A model generated the notes under the pieces. That model worked only from the letters and a program-made list of their open reading frames with translations, searched no databases and was not told the origin of the DNA. A stretch of 64,000 nt of DNA from a virus, in IMG/VR virus record IMGVR_UViG_3300036398_002324. One strand, 5' to 3'. Positions 47,849-57,906 of the stretch are shown here, piece after piece (the first letter of the stretch is position 1; each line of letters begins with the position of its first letter). The position numbers and the translations under genes are program-made.

Positions 47849-49537
47849 ATGGCATTTCAATTATCACCTGGAGTAAATGTATCAGAGATTGACCTGACTA
47901 CAGTTATTCCTTCAGTGGGCACTTCTACAGGTGCTTTTGTAGGACCTTTTGCTTGGGGACCATGTGGTGAAGTTACAACTGTTTCCGATGAAGTTCGTTT
48001 AGTCGATTCATTTGGTAAACCAGATAGCACAAATTATGAATACTGGTTCTCTGCTGCAAACTTTCTTGCATACGGAAATAATCTAAAAGTCGTTCGTGCA
48101 TTCAATTCATCATCTACTTTGAATGCTACAGCAAACGGTACTGGTTTGTTGATTAAAAATCAAAGCGATTATGAAGAAAATCATACAGGATATGCTGCAA
48201 ATTCTTATAACGGTTTCGGCGCACGTTGGGCTGGTGCTTTAGGTAACTCATTAAGCGTTTCTATGGCTGATGCTGCATCATATTCAACTTGGGCATATAA
48301 AACTCAATTTACATCTGCACCAAGTAATTCAAGTTATGTAGCAGCAAGAAATGGTTCGTTTGACGAACTTCATGTTGTTGTTGTAGACCAAGATGGATTG
48401 TTTAGTGGTACAGAAGGCACAGTTCTTGAAAAATATTCATTTGTTTCGAAAGCATCTGACGCTAAAGATGACTCTGGAAATTCAAATTACTACAAGAATG
48501 TAATTCAATCTAAGTCAAAATATATTTGGTGGTTGTCACATCCAACACAAAATACTGGTGTAGGAACAGCATGGGGTTCATCAGCGAATGCATCTAGTTT
48601 TGCAAACACAACTGGTAATGTAACGTTCTCGTTGTCTGGTGGAGCAGATGGTACAGTTGATACTTCACAAATTACTACAAGCTGGGACCAATTCAAGAAT
48701 GCAGAATCAGTAGACATTTCACTCTGTGTAACTGGCACAGGTAATTCTACAATTTCAAGTTATGTTATTGACAATATTGTAGGAACACGTAAAGATTGCG
48801 TTGCATTTGTTTCACCAACCAAAGCAAGTGTTGTGGACAATTCTGGTAATGAAGTTAGTGACATTACTACATTCCGTAATTCACTTACATCATCTTCATA
48901 TGCAGTTCTAGATTCTGGTTACAAATATCAATACGACAAATACAGTGATGTTTATCGTTGGGTACCATTAAACGGTGACATTGCTGGTCTGTGTGTAAGA
49001 ACAGACCAAGAACGTGACCCATGGTTTTCACCTGGTGGTTTAAATCGTGGCGTTATCAAGAACGTTGTAAAACTTGCTTGGAATCCACTAAAATCAGAAC
49101 GTGATTCATTGTATTCTGTTGGCGTAAATCCTGTTGTTTCTTTCCCAGGAGAAGGTACAGTTCTGTTCGGTGACAAAACATTACTGAGCAAGCCAAGTGC
49201 ATTTGATCGTATCAATGTTCGTCGTTTATTCATCACTCTTGAAAAAGCAATTTCACGTGCAGCACGTTTCTCGTTGTTTGAATTTAATGATCAATTCACA
49301 CGCGCACAGTTTGTTGCTCTAGTTGAGCCATTCTTACGTGACGTTCAAGGTCGTCGTGGTATCACAGACTATCGAGTTGTGTGTGACGATACAAACAACA
49401 CTGGAGAAGTTATTGATCGTAATGAATTCGTTGGTGACATCTATATTAAACCAGCACGTTCTATCAACTTCATTCAATTGAACTTCGTAGCAGTTCGTAC
49501 GGGAGTATCTTTCAATGAAGTCGTAGGTGCGGCATAA
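47849..49537 (+). CDS. gp18: Tail sheath protein
   Basis: LSPGVNVSEIDLT, PWFSPGGLNRG, FDRINVRRLF, IYIKPARSINFI. Confidence 0.96.
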   Translation: MAFQLSPGVNVSEIDLTTVIPSVGTSTGAFVGPFAWGPCGEVTTVSDEVRLVDSFGKPDSTNYEYWFSAANFLAYGNNLKVVRAFNSSSTLNATANGTGLLIKNQSDYEENHTGYAANSYNGFGARWAGALGNSLSVSMADAASYSTWAYKTQFTSAPSNSSYVAARNGSFDELHVVVVDQDGLFSGTEGTVLEKYSFVSKASDAKDDSGNSNYYKNVIQSKSKYIWWLSHPTQNTGVGTAWGSSANASSFANTTGNVTFSLSGGADGTVDTSQITTSWDQFKNAESVDISLCVTGTGNSTISSYVIDNIVGTRKDCVAFVSPTKASVVDNSGNEVSDITTFRNSLTSSSYAVLDSGYKYQYDKYSDVYRWVPLNGDIAGLCVRTDQERDPWFSPGGLNRGVIKNVVKLAWNPLKSERDSLYSVGVNPVVSFPGEGTVLFGDKTLLSKPSAFDRINVRRLFITLEKAISRAARFSLFEFNDQFTRAQFVALVEPFLRDVQGRRGITDYRVVCDDTNNTGEVIDRNEFVGDIYIKPARSINFIQLNFVAVRTGVSFNEVVGAA

Positions 49538-49540
49538 ATA
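49534..49540 (+). promoter_or_regulatory. Putative late promoter (ATAAATA) for gp19
   Basis: Overlaps the gp18 stop; RBS AGGAG downstream. Confidence 0.5.
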
Positions 49541-49562
49541 AGAGAGAAACAGGAGAAAATAA

Positions 49563-50108
49563 ATGGCATTTAACGTAAATCAATTCCGCTCTCAACTTCA
49601 AAGTGACGGCGCACGTCCTAATCTGTTTGAAGTGAGTATGCCGTTTCCTGCATTCTCATTACCAGGAAACGCACAAACAAAAATGACGTTCATGTGTAAA
49701 ACAGCACAACTTCCAGGTTCAACTCTGGGCGTTGTGCCTGTTCAATACTTCGGTCGTGAATTAAAGTTCGTAGGTAATCGTACTTTTGCAGATTGGACAG
49801 TTACAATTATCAACGATGAAGACTTTGCAGTTCGTAATGCATTTGAACGTTGGATGAATGGCATTAATAGCCATAATCTTAATGTTCGTAATCCAATTGC
49901 TGGAACACCACTAGGATATACTGTTGATGGTGAAGTTACTCAGTTTGGAAAAGCAGGTAACTCAATTAAAAAATATAAATTTGTAGGTTTATTTCCAACA
50001 GATATCACTCCAATCGATGTTGATTGGGGCTCAAATGATACTATTGAAGAATTTTCTGTAACGCTTACCTATCAGTGGTGGGAAGCAGTAGCAGACGGTG
50101 TGGTCTAA
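49563..50108 (+). CDS. gp19: Tail tube protein
   Basis: GARPNLFEV, GRELKFVGNRTF.DW.VTI.NDEDF, IEEF.VT..YQWW. Confidence 0.95.
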   Translation: MAFNVNQFRSQLQSDGARPNLFEVSMPFPAFSLPGNAQTKMTFMCKTAQLPGSTLGVVPVQYFGRELKFVGNRTFADWTVTIINDEDFAVRNAFERWMNGINSHNLNVRNPIAGTPLGYTVDGEVTQFGKAGNSIKKYKFVGLFPTDITPIDVDWGSNDTIEEFSVTLTYQWWEAVADGVV

Positions 50109-50134
50109 AAGTAGGGGGGACACCCCTACTTTTT
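50107..50134 (+). terminator. Rho-independent terminator after gp19
   Basis: AAAAGTAGGGG-ggaca-CCCCTACTTTT followed by a T/A tract. Confidence 0.8.
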
Positions 50135-50159
50135 ATTATAAAATGAAAGGAAAATTCTA

Positions 50160-51839
50160 GTGGCGATTAAGCTGTTTGGCTTTACTTTAGGTTCGAAAGA
50201 TGTTGTTCAGAAAGAAAAACCTGAACAATCATCTTTCGTTCTTCCTTCCGCTGCACAACTAGATGACGGTGCTGTTACTATTACGCAAAATGCGTATTAT
50301 GGCACATACGTAGATTTAGAAGGTTCAGTTCGTAATGAGATAGAACTTATCACTCGTTACCGTGAAATGTCCAATCATCCAGAGTGTCAAATGGCAATTG
50401 ATGAAATCGTCAATGAAGCCATAACACACGATGATAGAGGCAAAGTTGTTGATATTGTTTTAGATAATCTGAAACAACCAGAATCAATTAAGAAAAAAAT
50501 TATTGAAGAGTTTGATAATGTCCAAAAGATGTTAAACTTTTCAAACTTAGCCGACGACTTATTTAAACGTTGGTACATTGACGGTCGCATGTTCTACCAT
50601 GTGGTAGTTAATGATAAGAATCCAAAAGAAGGTATTCAAGAACTCCGTTATATTGACCCACGTAAAATTCGTAAAGTGCGTGAAGTCAAAAAAGAAAGAG
50701 ATCCCAAAACCGGTGCTTTAATTGTCGAATCTGTTGCTGAATATTATGTGTACAATGACCGAGGTACAACAACTCAAACGTTTACTGCAAACGTAACTCA
50801 AGGTCTTCGTATTGCACCAGAATCCATTATTAATGTTAATTCAGGTTTGATGGATGCAAAGAATACTTTTGTTATTTCATATCTACACAAAGCAATCAAG
50901 CCACTCAATCAGTTACGTATGATTGAAGATGCGATTGTTATCTATCGTATTTCACGTGCGCCAGAACGCCGTATTTTCTACATTGACGTTGGTAATTTAC
51001 CAAAAGGTAAAGCCGAACAATATCTCCGTGATATCATGATCAAGTATCGTAACAAAATGGTTTACGATGCCAATACTGGTGAACTGCGTGATGAACGTAA
51101 ACATTTATCGATGTTGGAAGATTTCTGGTTGCCACGTAGAGAAGGTGGTAAAGGAACAGAAATTACTACTTTACCCGCTGGTCAAAATCTTGGTGAATTA
51201 GAAGATGTAAAATATTTCCAAAAGAAACTATTACAATCACTGAACGTTCCATACTCACGCTTAGAATCGCAAGAAGGTGGAATGGCTGGTCTAGGTCGTT
51301 CACAAGAAGTTACACGTGACGAACTAAAATTTGCAAAATTTGTTATTCGTTTACGTAATAAATTTTCACAACTATTTGATGAGGCTTTAAAAATTCAATT
51401 AGTTTTAAAAGGTATTTGTACTCGTGAAGAATGGGAACAATTCAAAGAAGATATCTATTATGATTTCCGTAAAGATAATAACTTCACTGAACTTCGTGAA
51501 GCAGAGTTATTGCAGAATAGATTGCAAATGGTAGGTTTAGTTGACCCATATATCGGTCGATATTTTTCTCAACAGTATGTTATGAACAAAGTTTTAATGA
51601 TGACTGATGAGGAAATTGAAGCTATGCGAGAGAAAATACAAGAAGAAAAAGAAACGCTACCAGATGATATGCAAGGACCTATAATGCAGCAGGGCGGAGC
51701 TGAAGAACAGCAACCGCAATCTGACCAACCTCCAGTTGACAATACCGTTGAAAATGCCAATGAAACGGAATCATTAACGCCTCAGCTTGATGATGAGGTA
51801 AACAAGTCAGTAATTAGTATAAATAATAGACGCAAATAA
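50160..51839 (+). CDS. gp20: Portal protein
   Basis: GTG start; WYIDGR, YLHKAIKPLNQLRMIEDA.VIYRISRAPERRIFYIDVGNLPK, EDFWLPRREGGKGTEITTLP. Confidence 0.97.
   Translation: MAIKLFGFTLGSKDVVQKEKPEQSSFVLPSAAQLDDGAVTITQNAYYGTYVDLEGSVRNEIELITRYREMSNHPECQMAIDEIVNEAITHDDRGKVVDIVLDNLKQPESIKKKIIEEFDNVQKMLNFSNLADDLFKRWYIDGRMFYHVVVNDKNPKEGIQELRYIDPRKIRKVREVKKERDPKTGALIVESVAEYYVYNDRGTTTQTFTANVTQGLRIAPESIINVNSGLMDAKNTFVISYLHKAIKPLNQLRMIEDAIVIYRISRAPERRIFYIDVGNLPKGKAEQYLRDIMIKYRNKMVYDANTGELRDERKHLSMLEDFWLPRREGGKGTEITTLPAGQNLGELEDVKYFQKKLLQSLNVPYSRLESQEGGMAGLGRSQEVTRDELKFAKFVIRLRNKFSQLFDEALKIQLVLKGICTREEWEQFKEDIYYDFRKDNNFTELREAELLQNRLQMVGLVDPYIGRYFSQQYVMNKVLMMTDEEIEAMREKIQEEKETLPDDMQGPIMQQGGAEEQQPQSDQPPVDNTVENANETESLTPQLDDEVNKSVISINNRRK
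51818..51825 (+). promoter_or_regulatory. T4 late promoter consensus TATAAATA
   Basis: Exact match near the end of gp20, upstream of the 51852 gene. Confidence 0.65.
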
Positions 51840-51851
51840 TAGGGAGTTACC

Positions 51852-52202
51852 ATGCAAATCCAAGAAGTTATTAATCACATTGCTGCTGGCGATAGCGTGG
51901 CAGCAAAAGAAAGCATAGAAAATATTCTATCAGCAAAAGCGTTTGATGCGCTTCAAACTCGTAAACAAGAAATTGCTTCAACTCTTTTTGGTGGTCAAGA
52001 GCAAGAGCAAGAGTATGAAGAGGCGATGGAAGAAGGTATAAAGGGTGCTGCTATCGGTGGCGCATTAGGTTCAGTTGGTGGTCCAGTTGGTGCTGCTGTT
52101 GGTGGTGCATTGGGTCATGTTGCTGGCGAAGGTCTTGCTAGTTTAAGAAAAAGAACAGTTGCAGCAGGAAAAGCTTTTGCTACAAAACCATCACGTGATT
52201 AA
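51852..52202 (+). CDS. Prohead core protein (gp67-like) with C-terminal glycine-zipper extension
   Basis: Directly after the portal; KAFDALQTRKQEIA..LF, an acidic tract, then GAAIGGALGSVGGPVGAAVGGALG. Confidence 0.65.
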   Translation: MQIQEVINHIAAGDSVAAKESIENILSAKAFDALQTRKQEIASTLFGGQEQEQEYEEAMEEGIKGAAIGGALGSVGGPVGAAVGGALGHVAGEGLASLRKRTVAAGKAFATKPSRD

Positions 52203-52205
52203 TTA

Positions 52206-52877
52206 ATGAAATCATTATTACAATTTAAATGTATTGTTGAAGAAGAAAAGTCCGACTACTCAAAGTTGGACATTCTTGTTCGTGCAGGTTTAGCAAACAA
52301 AGCACAGCTCCAACGTATTCACAAAATAGTGGATAAGATGGGCGAAGAACGTCCAGTGTTCAATAATGCTGATCGTGAAATCATGCGTAATCTTTTCAAT
52401 CGTATGGCTGATTTGATTACAAGCAATAAACAAATTTTTACACGTGCAAGACAAGCAGTTAGAGAAGATTTGAACGAAGCACGAAGCGACAGTGTTGGTA
52501 GTGCTTTTCCATTAGTACCGGACCCACCGGTTGTTTTGGTAATCAAACGCAAAGCAGTAAGATTGTATCCAGATGGCACTAGAGTTGCGCTTTATTGGAG
52601 CGACAAACTAAAGAAATATTTTAGCGTTCCATATGGACCAGCCTTAGATTCGACAATTCAAGCTGAGGAATATGTCAGAGAATTTTTAGAGTCCGATGAA
52701 ATCGCTTTAAATGATGGTAATAATGTTTCTCTAAACGAACAAACAAAAGAAATGTTTATAGATGTTTATGGGCGTTTAGATGAGCAAAACAAAGAATATT
52801 TTTGGAATCAATTAACAGAATCAGCATCAACATTTGGAAAACTCTATGAATTTTGTAGAACTAATTCTTCAGAATAA
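52206..52877 (+). CDS. Hypothetical head-associated protein
   Basis: 223-aa ORF inside the head operon; several L/I-x-E motifs. Confidence 0.7.
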   Translation: MKSLLQFKCIVEEEKSDYSKLDILVRAGLANKAQLQRIHKIVDKMGEERPVFNNADREIMRNLFNRMADLITSNKQIFTRARQAVREDLNEARSDSVGSAFPLVPDPPVVLVIKRKAVRLYPDGTRVALYWSDKLKKYFSVPYGPALDSTIQAEEYVREFLESDEIALNDGNNVSLNEQTKEMFIDVYGRLDEQNKEYFWNQLTESASTFGKLYEFCRTNSSE

Positions 52878-53307
52878 ATTAGACGAAGCCAAAGAACTCA
52901 TCTATGAAAAATTGGATGAGATAGCTTCTATTAAATTAGAAGAGATAAAGCCATTCGTTGTTGATGAGATGTTTGAAGAGATTGAAGTTGACGAAGAAGT
53001 ATTAGAAGAGGCTGCAAAGAAACGAAATCCAAATGTTGTTAAAATGGGTAGAGTTCAAAAGATTCGTCGCCGTATTCGTCGCAATAAAAAAGGTAAGATT
53101 ATCGTACAGAAAAATGTACGCAAATCAGCACTAAAAGGATATCGTTTGTCTGGCAATACAGTAAAGCGTATACCAGCAACAGTAAGATTACGTAAAGCAC
53201 GTTTATTGAAACGTGCATGGAAAACAACAAGAAGAGCAAAACTTAGACGCACATTGTTAAAGAGAAAGATGTCAATGCGCCGTCGTAAATCTATGGGACT
53301 AAGATAA
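52846..53307 (+). CDS. Prohead core protein (gp68-like)
   Basis: Likely ATG at 52846; acidic N-half and a very basic C-half ending KRKMSMRRRKSMGLR, as in gp68. Confidence 0.7.
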   Translation: MNFVELILQNKLDEAKELIYEKLDEIASIKLEEIKPFVVDEMFEEIEVDEEVLEEAAKKRNPNVVKMGRVQKIRRRIRRNKKGKIIVQKNVRKSALKGYRLSGNTVKRIPATVRLRKARLLKRAWKTTRRAKLRRTLLKRKMSMRRRKSMGLR

Positions 53308-53308
53308 A

Positions 53309-53671
53309 ATGCCATTTGAAATAACTAACAGTTTAAGAGGAACATCAGTCATTCGTGGTGTCGATGCGGGTACTTACACAATCACACTGAATGATTTAAG
53401 AGCCAATACCACAATCGAAAGTGTGTCGGCCGCAGATATTAAACGAATCATGTGGTCAACAAACGGTAGCATTACAGTTGTTAGAAACGGTGTTCCACAA
53501 CTTGCTTTGCATACAGGTGGTGTTATGGATTTTGCAGACTTTGCACACTCACTTGCAAATAATAATACTCAAAGCATTGTTGTAACAATTAATACAGGCG
53601 GTTCTTTTATTATGGAAGTTTCTAAAGTTGCGACATACAATGTTGACCCATATACAGGAGCATCCATCTAA
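53309..53671 (+). CDS. Hypothetical protein
   Basis: 120-aa ORF between gp68-like and gp21; TAATG coupling. Confidence 0.7.
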   Translation: MPFEITNSLRGTSVIRGVDAGTYTITLNDLRANTTIESVSAADIKRIMWSTNGSITVVRNGVPQLALHTGGVMDFADFAHSLANNNTQSIVVTINTGGSFIMEVSKVATYNVDPYTGASI

Positions 53672-54321
53672 TGAAACTAATTAAAGAACATATTGAAGAT
53701 GTAAGATATCTTACCGAAAAAACAGAAGACGGTAAAAAACAAATGTACATTGAAGGTATTTTTCTTGTCGGTGACACAGTTAACCGAAACAATCGCATGT
53801 ACGAAATGAAAACATTACGTAATGAAGTCGCACGATACACAAAAGAACTTATTGAATCTAATCGTGCGCTTGGCGAACTAGGACATCCTGATACACCATC
53901 ACTCAATCTTGAACGTGTATCTCATAAGATTGTTAGCCTTAAAGAAGACGGAAATACTTTTGTAGGTAAAGCACTTATTATGGAAACACCTTATGGACAA
54001 ATAGCCAAGAATTTAATAGATTCTGGTGTAAATCTGGGTGTTTCTTCACGTGCCCTAGGCTCAGTTGTAATGACTAAAGAGGGTTACAATTTAGTCCAAG
54101 ATGATTTGCGTCTTGCAACAGCAGCAGACATCGTTGCTGACCCTTCAGCACCAGGAGCTTTTGTTCAAGGTATTATGGAGAACAAAGAGTGGATGTATGT
54201 TGAAGGTCGTTTTGTTGAGTCACATATTGACTACGCTAAAAAACAGATTCGTCAAGCATCACGCAAAGAAATTGAGACTGTTGGATTACAACTTTTCGAA
54301 AATTTTCTACGAAAACTTTAA
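53671..54321 (+). CDS. gp21: Prohead protease
   Basis: YIEGIF, NRNNRMY, ALGELGHP, LGVSSRALGS, DIVADPSAPGAFV. Confidence 0.95.
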   Translation: MKLIKEHIEDVRYLTEKTEDGKKQMYIEGIFLVGDTVNRNNRMYEMKTLRNEVARYTKELIESNRALGELGHPDTPSLNLERVSHKIVSLKEDGNTFVGKALIMETPYGQIAKNLIDSGVNLGVSSRALGSVVMTKEGYNLVQDDLRLATAADIVADPSAPGAFVQGIMENKEWMYVEGRFVESHIDYAKKQIRQASRKEIETVGLQLFENFLRKL

Positions 54322-54325
54322 AATT

Positions 54326-54333
54326 TATAAATA
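54326..54333 (+). promoter_or_regulatory. T4 late promoter consensus TATAAATA for gp22-gp23
   Basis: Exact intergenic match followed by RBS AAGGAG. Confidence 0.75.
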
Positions 54334-54355
54334 AGAAATCATAAGGAGATATTCA

Positions 54356-55459
54356 ATGGCAACAAACAAACTAATGGAAGCAGCGGCAGAAATTCTTGCA
54401 GCAAGCAAGTCTTCGGCTCCTGGTATGCCAATGCCTAAGTTACAGCACGACACTCCAGGCAATTCTGGAACACCTGAAGACTTGGGCGGTCCTACACCAC
54501 AAAACAACAAACCAAATGATGATTCTAACAAGCTTTCAAACAAAGCTAAAGACTCAGCTGGTTCAAATAAATCTTCATTGAACATGAAGCCTTCACACGC
54601 TTCTGCCGATACACAACTTGGTGACAAGAACATGCGTCCGGGTTCAGGTACCAACATGATGCCAGAAGATGTTGAAGAAGATGTAGAAATTTTTGATGAT
54701 AATTCAGCAGTTGAAGAAATGAAAGCTCAGATGAAAGAAGATATTGATTCTCTTTTTGCTGATGACAAAAACATTTCTGAAGACTTTAAAGCTAAAGCTG
54801 TTACTATTTTTGAAGCACGTGTATTTGACCGTGTTGCTCAAATTCAAGAGCAATTGGAATCAGAATATGCTGGTCAATTGGTAGAAGCTGTTGAAACAAT
54901 CAAAGCAGAACTAACAGAAAAAGTCGATGACTATCTCAACTACGTAGTTGAGCAGTGGATGGAAGAAAATCAAATTGCTGTTGAAAGCGGTTTACGTTCC
55001 GAAATTACAGAAGACTTTATTGCCGGTCTACGCAATCTGTTTGCTGAAAACTATATCAATGTTCCAGAAGACAAAGTTGACCTTGTAGAAGAACTTGCTT
55101 CTAAGGTTGAAGAACTGGAAGAAAAATTGAACGAAGAAATTGAAACTAATATTCAGTATAAAAAACAACTTACTGAAGCAGTCAAAGTACAACTAGTAAA
55201 TGAAGTGTGTGAAGGTCTCACAGCAACTCAAGTTGAAAAGATTAAAGCACTCGCAGAGAGTGTAGAATTTTCCACAGAGGAAGAATTCGTAGAAAAACTT
55301 GAAACAATTCGTGAGAACTATTTCCCATCAGGCATGAAAAAAGCCGATGCAGCACAGCTTCACGAAACAGTTGATGACACTGATGGTAACGAAAAGAAGA
55401 TGTCTTCTGATCCTTACGTTGCATCAGTCATGCAAGCAATTTCTAAAACAAAAATTTAA
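54356..55459 (+). CDS. gp22: Prohead core scaffold protein
   Basis: FK.KA.TIFEA, KVDDYLNYVVEQWMEEN..A...GLRSEI.E.F..GL..LF.E.YI.VP. Confidence 0.92.
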   Translation: MATNKLMEAAAEILAASKSSAPGMPMPKLQHDTPGNSGTPEDLGGPTPQNNKPNDDSNKLSNKAKDSAGSNKSSLNMKPSHASADTQLGDKNMRPGSGTNMMPEDVEEDVEIFDDNSAVEEMKAQMKEDIDSLFADDKNISEDFKAKAVTIFEARVFDRVAQIQEQLESEYAGQLVEAVETIKAELTEKVDDYLNYVVEQWMEENQIAVESGLRSEITEDFIAGLRNLFAENYINVPEDKVDLVEELASKVEELEEKLNEEIETNIQYKKQLTEAVKVQLVNEVCEGLTATQVEKIKALAESVEFSTEEEFVEKLETIRENYFPSGMKKADAAQLHETVDDTDGNEKKMSSDPYVASVMQAISKTKI

Positions 55460-55482
55460 TAATAATCAAAGGAGATACAAAG

Positions 55483-56826
55483 ATGTATTTGTCTGAAAAT
55501 TTACAAAACAAATGGGATGGTGTTCTAAATCATCCAGACTTGCCAGCGATTGCTGACCCATATCGTAAGGCAGTTACAGCAGTTATCCTGGAAAATCAGG
55601 CTACTGAAATGATCAAAGAATCTGGTATGCTGCAAGAGACCGGTTCACCAACTAACTTTGCTGGTACAGGCGGTTTTGGTGGCGGTGCTGCTGCTGCAGG
55701 TCCAGTTGCTGGTTTCGATCCAATTCTTATCAGCTTAGTTCGTCGTTCATTACCTAATCTGATTGCGTATGACGTTTGCGGCGTTCAGCCAATGACAGGT
55801 CCTACAGGTCTGATTTTTGCAATGCGTACTAAGTATGCATCACAAGGTGGTGGAGAAGCATTCTACAACGAAGCTAACACAGCATTCTCTGGTGCTAACG
55901 GCGCTATCGTTGCTTCTTCAATGACAATTGCTGGTAACACAACAGATTATCTGTTTACTGGTAACGCTGCTCCTACAGGCGCAATGACTACTGGTTCTGC
56001 TGAAGCATTAGGCGACGGTGCAGCTGGTAACACATTCCAAGAAATGGCATTCTCAATTGAGAAAGTTACTGTTACAGCACGTACACGTGCATTGAAAGCA
56101 GAATACTCAATGGAACTTGCACAAGACTTGAAAGCAGTTCATGGTCTAGACGCAGAAACAGAATTGGCTAATATCCTTTCTGCTGAAATTCTTGCTGAAA
56201 TCAACCGTGAAGTTATCCGTACAATCTACAAAGTTGCTAAACCAGGCTGTCAAGCTGGTACAACAACTCGTGGTGCATTCAACCTTGACACAGATTCAAA
56301 CGGTCGTTGGATGGTTGAAAAGATTAAAGGTCTTGCATTCCAGATTGAACGTGAAGCAAACCAAATTGCTAAGACAACTCGTCGTGGTAAAGGTAACATC
56401 GTTATCTGTTCTTCAGACGTAGCTTCTGCTCTAGCGATGTCAGGTATTCTTGATTACAACTCAGCACTTGCTGGTCAAGTTAATCTAACAGTTGATGATA
56501 CTGGTAATACTTTTGCTGGTACAATCTTCGGTCGTATCAAAGTTTACATTGACCCATACTTCCCAACAGGCTCAACATCTGAGTTTGCGGTTGTAGGTTA
56601 CAAGGGTACTAACGCATACGATGCTGGTATGTTCTACTGCCCATACGTTCCTCTACAAATGGTTCGTGCAGTTGATACAGGTACATTCCAGCCAAAGATT
56701 GGCTTCAAGACTCGTTACGGTCTAGTTGCTAACCCATTTGCTGAAGGTACTGACCAGGGTCTAGGTCGTTTGGATTCACAGTCAAACAACTACTACCGTG
56801 GTTTCCGTATTGCAAACTTGATGTAA
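55483..56826 (+). CDS. gp23: Major capsid protein
   Basis: LISLVRRSLPNLIAYDVCGVQPMTGPTGLIFAMR, EMAFSIEK.TVTA.TRALKAEYS.ELAQDLKAVHGLDAE, FYCPYVPL. Confidence 0.98.
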   Translation: MYLSENLQNKWDGVLNHPDLPAIADPYRKAVTAVILENQATEMIKESGMLQETGSPTNFAGTGGFGGGAAAAGPVAGFDPILISLVRRSLPNLIAYDVCGVQPMTGPTGLIFAMRTKYASQGGGEAFYNEANTAFSGANGAIVASSMTIAGNTTDYLFTGNAAPTGAMTTGSAEALGDGAAGNTFQEMAFSIEKVTVTARTRALKAEYSMELAQDLKAVHGLDAETELANILSAEILAEINREVIRTIYKVAKPGCQAGTTTRGAFNLDTDSNGRWMVEKIKGLAFQIEREANQIAKTTRRGKGNIVICSSDVASALAMSGILDYNSALAGQVNLTVDDTGNTFAGTIFGRIKVYIDPYFPTGSTSEFAVVGYKGTNAYDAGMFYCPYVPLQMVRAVDTGTFQPKIGFKTRYGLVANPFAEGTDQGLGRLDSQSNNYYRGFRIANLM

Positions 56827-56853
56827 TTAAATAACCACCGTAGAGTGGGATTT

Positions 56854-56884
56854 AAAGAGGCTTCTTCGGGAGCCTCTTTTTTTT
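56854..56884 (+). terminator. Rho-independent terminator with cUUCGg tetraloop after gp23
   Basis: AAAGAGGCTTC-TTCG-GGAGCCTCTTT followed by a T-run. Confidence 0.88.
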
Positions 56885-56887
56885 GTT

Positions 56888-56895
56888 TATAAATA
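56888..56895 (+). promoter_or_regulatory. T4 late promoter consensus TATAAATA for gp3
   Basis: Exact match just after the terminator, 5 nt before the ATG at 56901. Confidence 0.75.
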
Positions 56896-56900
56896 AGCAT

Positions 56901-57440
56901 ATGACAGCACTTAATAGAACCCCAACAAATCCAAATTCAATTCAACCTAACAAGTTTACGTTGAACTTTAGTCGTGCGCCAAATTTACAATATTTTTGTC
57001 AGACTATTTCTTTACCAGGTGTTTCAACATCAGAAATACCTATTAACAATCCATTCGTTGAATTATATGCACCAGGTGAAAAGACAATATATGATGTATT
57101 AAATATTACTTTTATTGTTGATGCAGAAATGTTAAGTTGGTTAGAGATTCATGACTGGCTTCGTGCAATGACTTTCCCAACCGAATTTGAAGAGTATCAG
57201 TCTTTAGGTAAACTTTCTCAATTCACTAGCGCACAAGCATCAGCTACACCACAATATGCAGATGGTTCTGTAACAATTCTCTCAGCATCAAATAAACCGT
57301 ACTACCGTTTTAACTTCAAAGATTTATTTCCAATCTCACTTTCTGGTTTTATTTTATCTTCAACTGACTCTCCAGAATCAATTGTCACAGCAGACGCAAC
57401 TTTCAGATTTACCTATTATAACGTAGAAAAATTATTTTAA
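56901..57440 (+). CDS. gp3: Tail completion/sheath stabilizer protein
   Basis: NKFTLNF.R.PNLQYFCQ...LPG, FIVDAEM..W.EI.DW, F.DLFPISLS, ADATFRF; likely start is the ATG at 56901. Confidence 0.85.
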   Translation: MTALNRTPTNPNSIQPNKFTLNFSRAPNLQYFCQTISLPGVSTSEIPINNPFVELYAPGEKTIYDVLNITFIVDAEMLSWLEIHDWLRAMTFPTEFEEYQSLGKLSQFTSAQASATPQYADGSVTILSASNKPYYRFNFKDLFPISLSGFILSSTDSPESIVTADATFRFTYYNVEKLF

Positions 57441-57443
57441 ATG

Positions 57444-57452
57444 TGATATACT
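57444..57452 (+). promoter_or_regulatory. Putative sigma70-type extended -10 promoter (TGnTATACT) for uvsY-uvsW
   Basis: TG-A-TATACT upstream of RBS GGAGG; marks the switch from virion genes to recombination genes. Confidence 0.45.
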
Positions 57453-57471
57453 CCTAATACGGAGGTAAACT

Positions 57472-57906
57472 ATGAGCAAACTTGATGATGTATTACAGAT
57501 GTGGGCAACTGATTCTATCATTGATAGAACTGAACCTGGTAAAGCACTGATTGACATTCCAAAACTTCATTCGAAGTATTTAAACATTCTTTCTTCACAT
57601 AGATTGTTAGTCAAAGAAGCCGAATTTCAATATAACAAATGGCGTAAATTAAAGTGGGAATACTACACTGGCAAACTTGACGAAGAATTGTTGCATCATT
57701 ATGGATGGCAACCATTTCCTTTTACACTCAAATCTGAAATCAATACATACTTAGAAGCAGACGAAGATATCAATAAGTATCTTGCTAGAAAACTATTACA
57801 TGAAGAAATTGTGGAAGTATGCCAAGCAATCATAAAAGAACTAAACAACCGAACATGGGAGCTTCGGTCATTCATTGACTGGGAAAAGTTTATTCAAGGT
57901 GTTTGA
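57472..57906 (+). CDS. uvsY: Recombination mediator protein
   Basis: W..DS.ID, IPKLHSKYL, WEYYTGK, I.W.KF..G. Confidence 0.88.
   Translation: MSKLDDVLQMWATDSIIDRTEPGKALIDIPKLHSKYLNILSSHRLLVKEAEFQYNKWRKLKWEYYTGKLDEELLHHYGWQPFPFTLKSEINTYLEADEDINKYLARKLLHEEIVEVCQAIIKELNNRTWELRSFIDWEKFIQGV

Noticed and set aside
46161-56826. Inteins or introns in terminase, portal, sheath or capsid genes
   Set aside because: The ORFs are continuous, of normal length, and show no splicing or LAGLIDADG/HNH motifs.
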